DNA of 64,000 nucleotides from Takakia lepidozioides (lineage: Eukaryota > Plantae > Bryophyta). The position numbers were made by a program, and so were the translations under genes. The stretch covers positions 15,066,001 to 15,130,000 of the forward strand of contig CM060733.1 of the NCBI GenBank assembly GCA_030704615.1, read 5' to 3'. This document shows positions 26,903-39,492 of this stretch, one piece after another. The notes under the pieces were generated by a model. The model saw nothing but the letters and a program-made list of their open reading frames with translations, had not been told where the DNA came from and did not search any database. Each line of letters starts with the position of its first letter. Positions within the stretch are counted from its first letter, which is position 1.

Positions 26903-27268
26903 ATGGGAGGCAGGACCGTGGCACCAGCAATGGAGTCCTCTCCCTCTCCAGTTCTTCCTCTCTTCTTTGTGGCGGTGATGCTGTCCATGGCAGCGATGCC
27001 CTGGTACATGCGGTACCAGGTGCTGCTGAAAGCAGCAATCGAACAAACGAACACGATATTTATTTATCTCGTGCCTTTGGTTATCGTCCTTGCTCTGTCT
27101 ATCATACCAGCTGCTCAGGACTGGGCCTACCCTGTCCCCACCGTGAAAACCAGTAACCGGAACCGCAACTCTATGCCTCCGTCTGTGTTTGGGGAAAGTG
27201 ACAGCTCAGGCATTGGCCTCTTCTTCCTTATTATCTTACTGCTCCTCTTAGTTGCTGTATGCCGGTAA
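26903..27268 (+). CDS. Small intronless 3-TM plant membrane protein of unknown function
   Basis: 121-aa ORF in good ATG context (ccATGG). The pattern LFFVAVMLSMAAMPWYMRYQ..IEQ..YLVPLVIVLAL..GIGLFFLIILLLLL resembles a recalled plant small-membrane-protein family (WY..YE..EQ..SPL..GSPWGV). A paralogue lies at 30162-30410. Confidence 0.65.
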   Translation: MGGRTVAPAMESSPSPVLPLFFVAVMLSMAAMPWYMRYQVLLKAAIEQTNTIFIYLVPLVIVLALSIIPAAQDWAYPVPTVKTSNRNRNSMPPSVFGESDSSGIGLFFLIILLLLLVAVCR

Positions 27269-30161
27269 AGCGAATTCAACTCGTTTGAAAGTTTCCCTTC
27301 TGCAGGTATATCCTGTTCACTATCAGGTCTACTGGAAACTTTGCAGTTTGTATTATACAGTGTTCCCTTCCAGACAAATTCAGCTGACCAGACAACGCAG
27401 TAACAAAGCTACAAATTGTGTTTTGTTACTGCGAAGAGGAAACATAATTTCGACTGTCAAGTGCACAGTGATGTCGGCGCTCACAGTATCTGAAACAATA
27501 TGAAATAGAGCTGAGCCAGTTTTCATTGATGTTTCAGTGTTCATAAAAAATGTTCTCAAGTGTATTTTAGAATGCTATAGAAACCACTCTTATGTCATAT
27601 TATATAGTCTTATGAGTCTTATCAGGACATTCTTATACCATATCTATACATAAAATTTCCCTTACGTATATGTACTTGATTTGTAGTTCTTAGCTCATGT
27701 CGTCTCTGAAGGCTGGTTAGTAGTTTGGAAGGTAGCCTGCAGCCTATGCAAACTCAAGTTATAGCCTTCAATGCTTGGAATATACTCACGTTGGAGGTTG
27801 TACCTACTTTTGAGCTCTGGATAGTGTCCAATTCGTCTAGGACTATCTGGCATTGTATGTACTTGATGGTGGTCGAAGTAGTTTTGTTGCAGACCTGGTC
27901 TTTGGAATGAAGAACGAGTACGTTAATAGGTTTCTCCAGGACCGAGAAATGTACATGCAAACGTTTGAATGATTTGAACATTGCTAGTTCTTAATTCATC
28001 TTCTTGGAATGCTTCATACTGTTGAGACCTCAGGCTGCTGAACAAGAATTGGTTGTCTCATGTGATTGTTCGACAGACATATTTCTTCATATTATATAGC
28101 TATATTTGATCGGGAGTGGTTTTGGACGTTGGGCCATCGATGGCTGAGGCGATGCATCATAGAAACCGGAAGAATGCAGCACAAGTTGAAGCCGTCTGCA
28201 GGCTCTGCACAAACCTGGCATCATAGAAAGGCCAGATCGAGCAAGAGAGATCCTGGAACCATTGTGAGCGCGCAGAGATTTAACCGCCATTGATCGTGCC
28301 ATCGGATATGTGAGCTTAGCTAAACTGCCGGGTCTATAGATTCATGGTACCAGGTGGTATATAGCGTCGACACCTTGAAGTTTCCATGTTAACTCTAACT
28401 AGTGCGAGGTCGGGTCTATTTTGTGGCAACATTGTTCAAGGGGTCTTTCTTGGTTGGATTTAAAATATTTGAACTTGAGAAGTATTTCACCCCCTCGCTA
28501 CCGAGCCATCCAATGCGCCCGTGTTTCATGTTTGTCTCCCTGGTTTCCAATACCAGATTGGCAGCGAGTCTACATCATCTAAGTTGTTAGATGTCTCCTT
28601 TGTAGCTCAGGTTCACATTACGTGAGCTAGATTAAAAGTGAGCTGCGTAGTCCTCATCGAGCATGAGCTCCTGCGCACCAGTGAAACGTCTTTGAAAGTC
28701 TTCATTGACAGTTTAAATTTTGATTCTTATATACAGTCTTTCTAGTGGTTGTTGGTGGGAAAGACATTCTCTGGAAGTGTGCTAATTCTTATATTTGTCT
28801 CCATAGACATTCAGTGTCAAGAGTCAATGCGACTCTGCGTAAGCTGTAACCGGAAGGCAGTAACCTCCTCTTGGTACACGCAAGTATCCTCTTCAAGACT
28901 CCATTTCAATGTGTATTCCATTCAAATTCTCCTTGAGTCCCATACATTTGCAAACTAGCAAGATGTCCTGCACGTTAGTGCAATACCCTTGGAGTTGTCA
29001 GTGGATTTCAGATTGAGCCGTTATGTATGTACATATATATGGAAGTCGAGGACGGGCACCAGAATTCGTAGAGATTGTCGGGTTCGTGAAATCTCTTAAC
29101 TTGGAAGGTACTGAATCCTGATACATGTTGATCTGTTCGCGACGGCCAGGAAGAGATCGCTGAAAATGTGGATCAGTACATCTCTTGAACGGTGGGATGT
29201 TACAAGACATAATGGTGGAAGCTTTCGCCATGAGAATGAGAGGGCGTACAAAGGGTGGGGTGTGGGGCCCAGTCCTGTCCACCGTCGTTTGTAGTGTGGA
29301 TCCCGTGCAGCACGCTGCAGGGTACATAGAACAGTAAGCGTCTGAAATTTGTAAACTGTAAAGCTGTAGTATTCCGCCCACCTCAGGAGCCAGCACACTG
29401 AGATTTTACACATGCAGTCACATTGAAATGAACATTGAAAGCACTTCGAACATGGGGTCGCAAGCATTGCACAGTTACTTTGACTTGGACTCAACATTCT
29501 TCTCTGTCTGAAAGCTATCAGAAGTGGGATTCATTTTAACGGACTGCTTTCTTTCTTTGCTTTCCTTGTGGGAGGGCAACACAACCATTGCAGAACCATA
29601 GTTTAGTTCTCAAGAACTTAGCCATCACAGAGTCTGATCTTAGTGCACCACATCAACCATGGTTGACATGCCAGGTTGTAATGTGGTGGGGAAGAGGTGA
29701 CGGCCATGGCCCCAATGCTGAGAATCTCCTAGGATTCTTTCCATCAGGCCCTTGCACGCACAGACACAACAGCCAGGGCTGACAAACAGAGATGAGAGAG
29801 GCCCATGGAGATAACTATCTGTGCAGGGCAAGGCAGCTGCTGCAGGTGTAGCCGGTCAGCTAAGACTCATTGCACCGAAATTTGCCGAGTCCTGACTCCT
29901 CCGTGAGAATTGGAAGATCTCACGCTACCCAAACTGTTTCTATCTCCGCTCCAAACTCCAAAGCTGGAGAGATTCTCTCATGCTCAGAACTCACGATCCA
30001 TCTCATAATAGGGCCATACAACTTGCTAATGCTTTTATCAAATCAATGTTTCTACAGCGACTAGCCAGGGCAAGGCAAGTTCTAAAATTGGCTTTTGCAC
30101 AGAACAAACGTTAGCGGATTAGACGAAATCATGGGAAGATTAGAATGAAGAGGTCTCTGCA

Positions 30162-30410
30162 TCAGCATTGGACTAACAAAATACTTGGGATGTGGGAGCT
30201 GTGACATCCAAAACACCTTCCATAGATACAGCAATGACACAAAGCAAGCACACTAAGATAAATGAACATGTTAATTTGTTCAATCACTGCCTTCAGCAGC
30301 TCCTGATACCACATGTACACGGCCATCACTGCCACAGATAGCACCATCATCACAACGAGACGAGGAAGGTTGAGAGATGGCTCTATTGCTCTTGCCGTGA
30401 TCCGGCTCAC
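30162..30410 (-). pseudogene. Degenerate inverted paralogue of the 26903-27268 gene
   Basis: ITARAIEPS..MVLSVAVMAVYMWYQELLKAVIEQINMFIYL aligns with TVAPAMESS..VMLSMAAMPWYMRYQVLLKAAIEQTNTIFIYL. Start codon is GTG and the C-terminal half diverges or is truncated. Confidence 0.6.
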
Positions 30411-30840
30411 TCTGAATGATATCCTCTACCACACAAACAAAAGGGAAAGAAGGCAGGCAGGTGTTTCTGCGACCGCCAAATCCAAAGATCCCCAAGCATC
30501 AGAGAAGGCTTAGCATCCGCTAGAGAAGTGGTTTGAAATGCTCACCTTGGCAGAACTTCGCCATTGGAGCACCCTGATAGCCTAGCACTTCTATGCCGAA
30601 ACATGAAGACATGAAAAATGAAACAATCTGCTTTCTGACCAATGTTTTTAGGGGCATTCTAGACCTACCTCTGCGGACCCAAACACCCTCTGCGATAGTG
30701 ATGTCACCACTCCATTTTGAACTGAATCCAGTACCTCTCTCTGCCTCTCTCACTCTGGATGCCTGGAGCTCCCCTCCCCTGTCCTCCCCTACCTATCTGC
30801 CAAAACTTCCTGGACTGGGACAAAGCTTTGAGCTGACAAT

Positions 30841-33800
30841 TTACTGCTGGGGAGGAGGTGGTCGGTGCATCATTGGCTGCCCCATATTTGGAGGCGGGGG
30901 CCCAGGCGGCCTCATTCCTTGATTTGGGGGAGGAGGTCCCATAGGAAATCCTCTTGGGGGAGGTCCAGGAGGAAAGTTTCGAGGTGGTCCTTCTCCCATC
31001 GGAGGTGGGGGGCCACGACCCATTTGTGGAGGTGGACCAGGTGGGAAATTCCTGGGTGGACCGCCTCCCATGGGGGGAGGAGGGCCCATTGGATGACCCC
31101 CAGGTCCCATTTGTTGTGGGGGAGGAAACATGTGTCGAGGAGGTCCATTCATAGGAGGCGGCGGAGGGGGTCCATTCATTGGAGGAGGACCACGAGGTGG
31201 CGGGCCTCCCATTGAAGGAGGGGGGCCACCTGGTGGGGGGCCAGACATCGGCCCCTGCGGTGGTGGAGGGGGTCCATTGGGTGGTGGAGGAGGCCCATTG
31301 GATGCTGGCAGAGGGGCTCCTTTGCCAGAGTCCAGAGGCTTTGCTTTGAAGTAGAGTTGAAGCTGCAAAATACAGACAAAAATTAGGACCACTTGGTGAA
31401 TGACACAGCTACTCAAAGGGGGTGAGAGAGAATAGCAGTCAACACATAACTCACCTGTACCCTGCTAAATACTAACGTAAAATAGCTTCACTTCTACGTG
31501 TAAGTGTATCTGTGTACGTGCTTAACATAATGATCCCTGGATATGCTAAACACACAAACGAGCACACCATCATCTGGTCCAAGCAGCCAAGAGGGAGTGT
31601 CCAAGGAGGCCTTACTGTGAACATTTTTGAGTCCGGATCCCAGTGCGTGAAGAATTTGCTTGCTACCTTGTCAATCTCTGTGCTGGGAACCTATGAGTCC
31701 AGGCCCCGAAAACACCACGTGCGTACAACAAATCATTTAATACCACACAGAATGTTGAAGATGTACAATCCAAGCATCCAAGGCATCTGCAATCCAACAG
31801 TAAAAAAGTGAAAAACAATCAATCCTCTAAAGTGATATCACATATCATCTCTTTGTGAATTCTATGAAAGCCACACGACAAAAAGTGGTAGTCAAAGGTG
31901 CTGACCTTGAAAGCAATGATTTCATAGGGCTCAGCAGCAAAGAGAAGGTATTGGTAGCGCTTGTCCCATGCTTGAACCCTCTGCAGCATCACAATTGCCA
32001 AATCAGTATTTTTCTCTCCTCTCTCTCACACACACTCTCACACATAAACACAGACCAAGCAGCACTACGCAATATGGCGTCCACAGAAGAAAGCTGTCCA
32101 GATACATCATGCAATGTACCAAAAAATTTCTCACATTATGCAGTGTCAAGAACAAGAGGTCAAAGTAGAGAGCTAAAAAGCTGTCAGAGCCCACAGAAGT
32201 CTCCATGAAGTGTCCAGATAAAGAAAAAGTTAAGACATGCCCAAACAAAGTACCTGCTCATAAGAAGACATGAAACGGTGCCGGGGCTTGGAACCGTCCT
32301 CAATTTCAGGGTATTCAATCTGCAATATAGCATTTCACAGTTAATACTTTAGGGTTTCTCCAAATAGCCAGGAAGAGGCACTTAGCACAAGCACTTACAA
32401 GTAATGACGTACCTGGAAAAGCAGAGAGCGTTGCCTTGTTTCTTGGTCGTATTGCTTTGTCACTCGGTAACCGGGTCGACCAATTTTGACTGCCAACACC
32501 ATCCATCAGTCTATCAGCCTACAGTACAGAGTAAAAGCTTACGACATCAACGCAGGAAAAACAGACAAGTCTTAAGTACTGGAATAGTAGGCTATTTTCA
32601 AAGAGGAGGAAAAGAGAGGAAGCGAGATTGTGACCTGTTTTCCGGGGGTTCACTTTCCGTTTGTTGGGCTGAGGCTGAGCAGGGGCGTCCTTGGCTTCAC
32701 GGGCTGCACGCTTGGCCAAGTTGGTTTGATGCCGCTTTCCTTGTGTGTGAGCCAAGTAGTTGCCCTCATTGTTGTGTAGAGTTAAGCACAACTTGCACTC
32801 ATAACTGCATTCTTGCCACCACCATTCTTACCCCTTCAGCTCCTGGTATCTTGAGTTTGTAGACTAGTCCCTCTCTCTTTCTCTCTTTATGTGAAAGTTC
32901 CTTTCTGTTCTTCTCTCCCCGAGACCCAAGGTGTTCCACACTATTCACACTACTGAGCAGGACAAAAGAGATGCGCGAGCCTCCTCTTTCAAATGATATG
33001 GGAAACAACACTTCTAAAGCTGTGGCGATGTTTATCCAGAATACTTAGTCGACCAGGACACAACTAAAATTAGTAAGCACAATTGTCCAGTTCTTAGGTG
33101 GATTGTTGCTGTGATGCTCCCCCTCTAATATTGATTATTGAATCAAACGGTAAGCAGGAACATTGGTAGGTTTCCTGGAGATAATAAACCAGGTGCAGAT
33201 TGCGCAGTGAGCTTTGTATCATCAAAGCTCTGAAGCTGCAGTTGCACTACCGCCCATAAATTCCCTAAATCCAGACTGCAGGCCTTAATGTCCTCACAGC
33301 TCTGAAGCTGCAGTTCCACTATCGCCCATGAAATAACCCAAGTCCAGACTGCAGGACCTTTTGTATCCTCACAGTTCTGAAGCTACGGTTCCACTACCGC
33401 TATGAAACACCTAAAGTCCTAGATATACAGAAATTTGAACCTGGCTGAGCCTGGACTTTCCGGAGCGAAGGCACTCGTAAGTCTACAGTGCACATAACGA
33501 CCTCAGATTTCCTACAGCATTATCCCAGAGTACATGAAGTACCCGTGTATGCCAAGATAACTATCCAAGCACTTCCAGAACCTAAACAGAAGAATATGAA
33601 TAAAAATTGATTCCGAGGGAGAGGCAGAGAGAGAGAATCGAGTTTACAAGCCAGCCAAGAACCTGATGCATATGAGAGGTGGCACACAACATGGAGCATT
33701 TCATAACACGGGGAGAAAAGAGAAGACCAACCTGCCAAGATGATTGCGCATGAAATAGGGATCCTTGGCAAGATCAATAGTTTCCAGTGCCAGGCGTCGC

Positions 33801-33883
33801 AGCCGCTCCCTTCTATCGACGGCTTCATTCTGAGCAGATGCCGCCCCACCACTCCCAGGCTTGCTTCCCCACTCTCGATCCAT
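30841..33883 (-). CDS. SF3A2: Splicing factor 3A subunit 2 (SF3a66/PRP11)
   Basis: MDREWGSKPGSGG..DRRERLRRLALETIDLAKDPYFMRNHLG|YECKLCLTLHNNEGNYLAHTQGKRHQTNLAKRAARE (matrin-type Zn finger)|KIGRPGYRVTKQ|IEYPEI..RHRFMSSYEQ|RVQAWDKRYQYLLFAAEPYEIIAFK|VPSTEIDK..HWDPDSKMFT|LQLYFK, followed by a Pro-rich tail. Confidence 0.96.
33227..33430. repeat. Three tandem ~73-75 bp units in SF3A2 intron 1
   Basis: g(c/t)tctgaagct..gtt.cacta.cgc..at.aa..ccagactgcagg..tcctcaca repeated at about 33227, 33299 and 33374. Confidence 0.8.
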
Positions 33884-34182
33884 CTTGTGAGTCCTCCTGC
33901 ACACTACACCCACCAACCTCTACCCCGACAATCTCCCTAAATCCTTCCTCTCTGTTCCCACAAAGCAATCCGGCCCTGCCTCTACACCCTCTCTCTCTCT
34001 CTCGCTGCCTTCAGGGTATGTACCAAGACCCTATGGATGAATAAGTGGGGATGAATCCCCTTACATTCGTTATTCTGTGAAGGGAAGTGTATGAATGGAC
34101 GAATACAACGAAGAAACAGATGAATGTCATCTGTGTCGAAGAAGTCCTCTCTGTGGTAGAGAGTGGCAAGGGCAGCAGGACG

Positions 34183-34534
34183 ATGGCCGCTCCATCGAAG
34201 ACCCCCTCCATGCTTCTCTCGTACATCGTAACGCTTTCCTCCATGCTTGTTGGAGCTTCGGTTGTCCACACCGTTCTTAAGCCTGATCTGGTATTTCAAC
34301 AACCTGGCCCTTGTTTTTTTTGCTTTTGGGGCGGGTGTTCTGCGATCTTTTTTCAGCTCGATGTTGTCAGAGTCTGTATATGAGGCTTGGTTTGTTCCGT
34401 ACTAAGTGAGAGGAGCATGCTGGGGCGGCGTTCAGACAATACCGACCCTTGAGAGTACAGAGGAGGATGAAGCAAGCAGGCCGGTCGGCAGGGATGTATC
34501 AAGTAGTGTTTCAAACGCAAGCTCTCCTGCTTAG
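34183..34534 (+). CDS. BRAWNIN/C12orf73 (DUF4516)-like microprotein, 68 aa, 2 exons
   Basis: Exon 34183-34290 MAAPSKTPSMLLSYIVTLSSMLVGASVVHTVLKPDL splices (GT-AG, phase 0) to 34436-34534 TIPTLESTEE...SSPA-stop. This recreates the family signature GA-x-VVH-x4-PDLTIP. Confidence 0.8.
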
Positions 34535-35691
34535 TATTTCTCTTTGTCATCTATCATGAAATCCTTTCCACAGTTTTGGGAGATCATTTTGGAATGGTGC
34601 AGAATTTTGAGATGATGTACTTAGGTCCCCGTATAAAGTTACAGAAAATGTCTTGAAGATTCTCGAGAGGGTGTGTATACCAACGAAGGGCTACTGTAGA
34701 TTGCTCGATATTGCCCTTACCAATCCCAAAACGGAGTAATGAAACCTTTCCAAGGCCTCGTTTAAGCTTTGGTGTGTGAGGTGGTCCTTTTCCGAGACTA
34801 TTTCCTTTGCTGGAGAAGGTGTCCCTTCTTCGATGCATTGTCATATTCCATACTAGCAAACTGCTTCTTCTATGGATCTGACGTTTCCATAACAGACACA
34901 CAGAGTGATGAATCTTTCAAGATCTCCGAAAGGTTTCCGGGTCCCAAGTGGCCCTCGTCAGTAGCGTTTGAAGAGAGGTCTGGTGCAATTGATCGTGGTT
35001 CTAACTGAATGCACTCTCATCAGGAAATGTAACTTTACAGTCGCAAAAATGTGGAGACCTGCAAACAATTTGCAGTTTAGGGTTCTAAAGGGATTGGTTC
35101 CTTACTCAGCCATGCAATCACCTTCAAGTTAGGTGGATGGCCACAAAATGACTGGTGCAATCAACACTGTGGTTTTCAGTATGATAGCAATGCCACCCCG
35201 CAACTGAACGCTCAATGAACACTGCAATTCACTTATCCTTGGCTGATGTAATGGTAGCCCGAGTTTCCTATCCTGGGGTTGGAACTCCCAAATCTGTTCT
35301 GAGAGGGTAATGCATTGACCTTCAAGAATGTGTCATTGTAGTCTCACCGTGTGTTTTTCTGTCTGTTCCTTTCTTTCCTTGCTCTTTTATGTCTCTTTGG
35401 CCCAAAAGCCATGGTGCTCAGTTTACTGAGCATGCCTGATTCCACGATTTAGGGTTGAGGGTTTTGTGATGAATCTCCTAAACCCGGTAGAGCATGGAGA
35501 CACTCTGTGTGTGCTGATGACGGTGGGATGTGGCTGTGGCCAAGTAGTGCTCTGTTTTGGCTGGATTTAAAAATGCCACTTGCCTCTCACATGCTACATA
35601 AAAAGACCTGCTATGTCGTTTTGCTTTCACATATGGGGTTTCTAAAGAGTTCAATGTCCTTACTTCAATACTGATACTGCCTTCAATACTG

Positions 35692-35884
35692 CCTTGGTGG
35701 TTCGGGGTTCAAACCCGCTGCCCCGTGTGTGGGATTGTTCGTGACGGTATGTCTGGGCGTTGATCGTCCTGTAGGTCTCATGGCCCATAAACGAAAGGGG
35801 TTAATTTTCCCCCCTCCTATGGCAAGGGCCTGAATTGTGGGCCCTCCCAGGTTTCTTTTGAAAAATAATAATAATAATAATAAT
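35692..35884 (+). mobile_element. tRNA-derived SINE-like element, probably 5'-truncated
   Basis: B-box GGTTCAAACCC at 35706-35716, an (AAT)n tail, and candidate TSD aatactg at 35685-35691 and 35885-35891. Confidence 0.55.
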
Positions 35885-37149
35885 AATACTGAATTTTCTA
35901 TAGCAGGATCCTGTCAGCTGTGCATGATGACTGTTGCAATTTTTGACTAAGTTTCATATCCTGTTAGTGTGACTCTCACAATGGAAAACGTGGCAATGCA
36001 ACAATCCCAGGAATGGTCAATATTGTGTCTTTGTCTCTCTGCCTTGTAGCAGTGCTTTTCTCACCTCTAAGTCCCCACTCCTCTTAACCCTTGAACGACG
36101 ACCCGACCTGAATTTTTCGTTCAGGTCGGGTCTTTTTCATCCATCCCATAACTTCTTTGGGTGAAGTCTGATTTCGTTCATCCCTGCATGAAAAATGTAG
36201 CGCGGAAAATTCTCTGTCTGCTCCAATTTAGAGCGGGCAGAAACAATAAATGCTCTGCCCTCTGGAATTTCTTAAGTGCCAAGGGGGGGGCCTAAAACGC
36301 ATGGCCCAAGGAGGTGTCAGCGGCGTTGACCCCGCTGACGTGGCAGACGCCAAGGCCCTGGGTACTGGCCTGGAGTTGCCGGCTTGCAGCGTGTAGGGCG
36401 TGGGATTCCACCCCGCCAAATAATGCGGTTGATTTCGTGAGGGCCCGCCGAGTATTTGGGGTTTTTGTGACGTGGCCCCACAAAACCCCCGCCGGGAAGT
36501 GCTACCTGCTCCGGCCACCTGATCTGCCAAAAACCAGATCTGAGCCTGGCAATTTGGCAGAATCCAAACATTTTTTCACCATTGTCGCTGCATTGCCGCA
36601 GAGCACAACCTCACCGTCGGAATTATGTTTCAGAATATATATATATATATATCCCATTGGCCAAATTGCATGGGCCATTCGACCTTGGTCAAAGGTTTTT
36701 TTTGGGGTAGAAGGTGGCCATGTGAAAAAACAACATTACCATTTTCTTATAATCTGCCAATTGCAACGGTGAAACTCTCTGAAAATTCATGGGCAGATGG
36801 ATGTAGTAGGTGGAACATTTCCATAAGGTCCATTTCTGTGGATGATTCAGGGCAGGAAGTTATGGCCTCATCCATGCCACTATGTATGCTTTTTGGGCTG
36901 GCCCACCAAAACGGTGGTAGTCGGTTAAGGCTCAACTCTTCAATGCTCTAGAGGTTATGTACTTACTTGCTATGCACAACCATCCCATAAGGTATTTGGT
37001 CCTTGTTGTTTATACCTTGTTGTTTAACTGGGCTAGAGCTCCAGTGCTGAAATCAACATGTACTTTGAGTGAGGGGGCTGAGGACTTAGCGAGATTTTCA
37101 AGTCACTCCTGCTCGGCGAAAGTGACCTCCATCTCCTTCTTCCCTTCCT

Positions 37150-39432
37150 ACATGTACTGTGTTTGAAATGCGTGTGTGATCCTGGCAGCCCTGCAAAAGG
37201 GCAAAGAGGTCCATGCTGACATTGTCGAAGCTGGAATCGTACCAGATGTTGTTCTGGACGTGCTCTGATGAACATGTATGCAAAATGTTGGAGCATCGAG
37301 GATGCAAAGGGAGTGTTGGACAATATGGCCGAACGAGATGTGGTGTCTTGGACTGCGATGATCACAGCTTATGCACAGCAGGGGCGCGGGATGGAGACTT
37401 TGGAGACCTATCAGCAAATGATGAGGGAAGAGGTGAAGCCCGACCAGATCACCCCAGATTAAGTTTGCAAGGTGTGTGCGAGCCTGGGAGCGAGGCTCAG
37501 CCCTGAGATGCATACTGAATTCTATAAGTTAGCTCGTTGGCTTCTGAAAGAGGATAAAGAGAGGGAGTCCATAATGCCTCTTCTGGCTCTTCTGGGCATG
37601 TGAAGATACTTTGTAAGGTAGGCAGACAGAAAGAGGCTCTACAAACTTTAAACCAAGGAGCAACAGATTCAGATATGTATGTGGTACGATGCTTTGGATG
37701 AGCGAATCATGCACGAAGGGGTGAAGCCGAACCACATCGCCATTATTTGTGTTTCCAATGCGTGTGCAAGCCTGGGAGCCGTGGAAAAGGGGAAAAAAAG
37801 GTCCATGGTGACATCTTCAAAGCTAGAAGTGTACCAGATGTCCATGGCGACATCAACAGAGCTGGAATTGTACCAAATGTCATTCTAAACACTGCCCTAG
37901 TGGACATGTATGCAAATTGTGGGTACATCAAGGATGCAAAGGGAGTGTTCGACACTATGGCTGAACGAGATGTGGTGTCATGGAGTGCGCGATGCTTGCA
38001 GGGTATGCACAACGACGACGTGGGAAGGAGGCTTTGGAGACCTATGAGATGTGGTGTCGTGGAATGCGATGCTTGCAGGGTATGCACAACAGAGACGTGG
38101 GATGGAGGCTTTGGAGACCTATGAGCAAATGATGGGCATGTTTGTGTGCATTTGCAATGCTTGTGCAAGCCTAGCAGCCCTGGAGAAGGGCAAAGAGGTG
38201 CATGGGGATATCATTAAAGCTGGAATTGTACCAAATGGAGTTCTAATTTCCCTCGTATCTCTGGAAAAGGGGAAAGAGGTCCATGGCGACATCTTCAGAG
38301 CTGGAATTGTACCAGATTTCATTCTGAACAATACCCTGATGGACATGTTTGCAAAATGTGGATGCATCTAGGATGCAAAGGGAGTGTTCAACACTATGGC
38401 TGAACAAGATGTGGCGTCGTGCAAGCCTGGCAGCCCTAGAGAAGGGCAAAGAGCTACATGGGGATATCATTAAAGTTGGAATGGTACCAAATGTTATTCT
38501 AAACACTGCCCTGACAGCTCTGGAAAAGGGGAAAGAGGTGCATGGCGACATCTTCAGAGCTAGAATTGTAGCAGATGTCATTCTGAACAAAACCCTGGTG
38601 GACATGTTTGCAAAATGTGGGTGCATCGAGGATGCAAAGGGAGTGTTCAACACTATGGCTGAACAAGATGTGGCGTCGTGCAAGCCTGGCAGCCCTAGAG
38701 AAGGGCAAAGAGCTGCATGGGGATATCGTCAAAGCTGGAATTGTACCAAATGTCATTCTACACACTGTCCTGGCAGCTCTGGAAAATGGGAAAGAGGTCC
38801 ATGGCGACATCTTCAAAACTGGAATTGTACCAGCTGTCACTCTGAACAATACCCTGGTGGACATATTTGCAAAATGTGGGTGCATCTAGGATGGAAAGGG
38901 AGTGTTCGACACTATGGCTGAACCCGATGTGGTGTCGTGGAGTGCAATGCTTGCAGGGTATGGGACGTGCGACGTGGGATGGAGGCTTTGGAGACCTATG
39001 AGCAAATGATGGGGATGCACATCATGTTTGTGTGAGCCTGGCAAAGAGGGCAAAGAGGCAAGGTGCATGGGGATATCATTAAAGTTGGAATGGTACCAAA
39101 TGTTATTCTAAACACTGCCCTGGCAGCTCTGGAAAAGGGGAAAGAGGTGCATGGCGACATCTTCAGAGCTGGAATTGTAGAAGATGTCATTCTGAACAAA
39201 ACCCTGGTGGACATGTTTGCAAAATGTGGGTGCATCGAGGATGCAAAGGGAGTGTTCAACACTATGGCTGACCAAGATGTGGTGTCGTGCAAGCCTGGCA
39301 GCCCTAGAGAAGGGCAAAGAGGTGCATGGGGATATCGTCAAAGCTGGAATTGTACCGAATGTCAAACTGAACACTGCCCTGGCAACTCTGGAAAAAAAGA
39401 AAGAGGTCCGGCGACATCTTCAGAGCTGGAAT
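37150..39432 (+). pseudogene. Array of degenerate PLS-class PPR motifs
   Basis: Repeated NACASLAALEKGKEVHGDIIKAGIVPNVILNTALVDMYAKCGCIEDAKGVFDTMAERDVVSWNAMLAGYAQQ, broken by many frameshifts, stops and deletions. Confidence 0.92.
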
Positions 39433-39436
39433 TGCA

Positions 39437-39492
39437 TTCCACGACACCACATCTCGTTCAGCCATATTGTCGAACACTCCCTTTGCATCCTC
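39437..39492 (-). pseudogene. Inverted PPR fragment marking an inversion junction
   Basis: Reverse complement of gaggatgcaaagggagtgttc..atggctgaacgagatgtggtgtcgtggaa. Confidence 0.85.

Noticed and set aside
30865-31354. Gly/Arg-rich plus-strand ORFs
   Set aside because: Antisense shadows of the SF3A2 Pro-rich exon.
35692-35760. tRNA gene
   Set aside because: Only a B-box/T-loop is present, with no A-box or cloverleaf, and an (AAT)n tail follows, which is SINE-like.
37150-39432. CRISPR-like or functional PPR gene array
   Set aside because: The units are PPR coding motifs without unique spacers, and pervasive frameshifts and stops preclude a protein.
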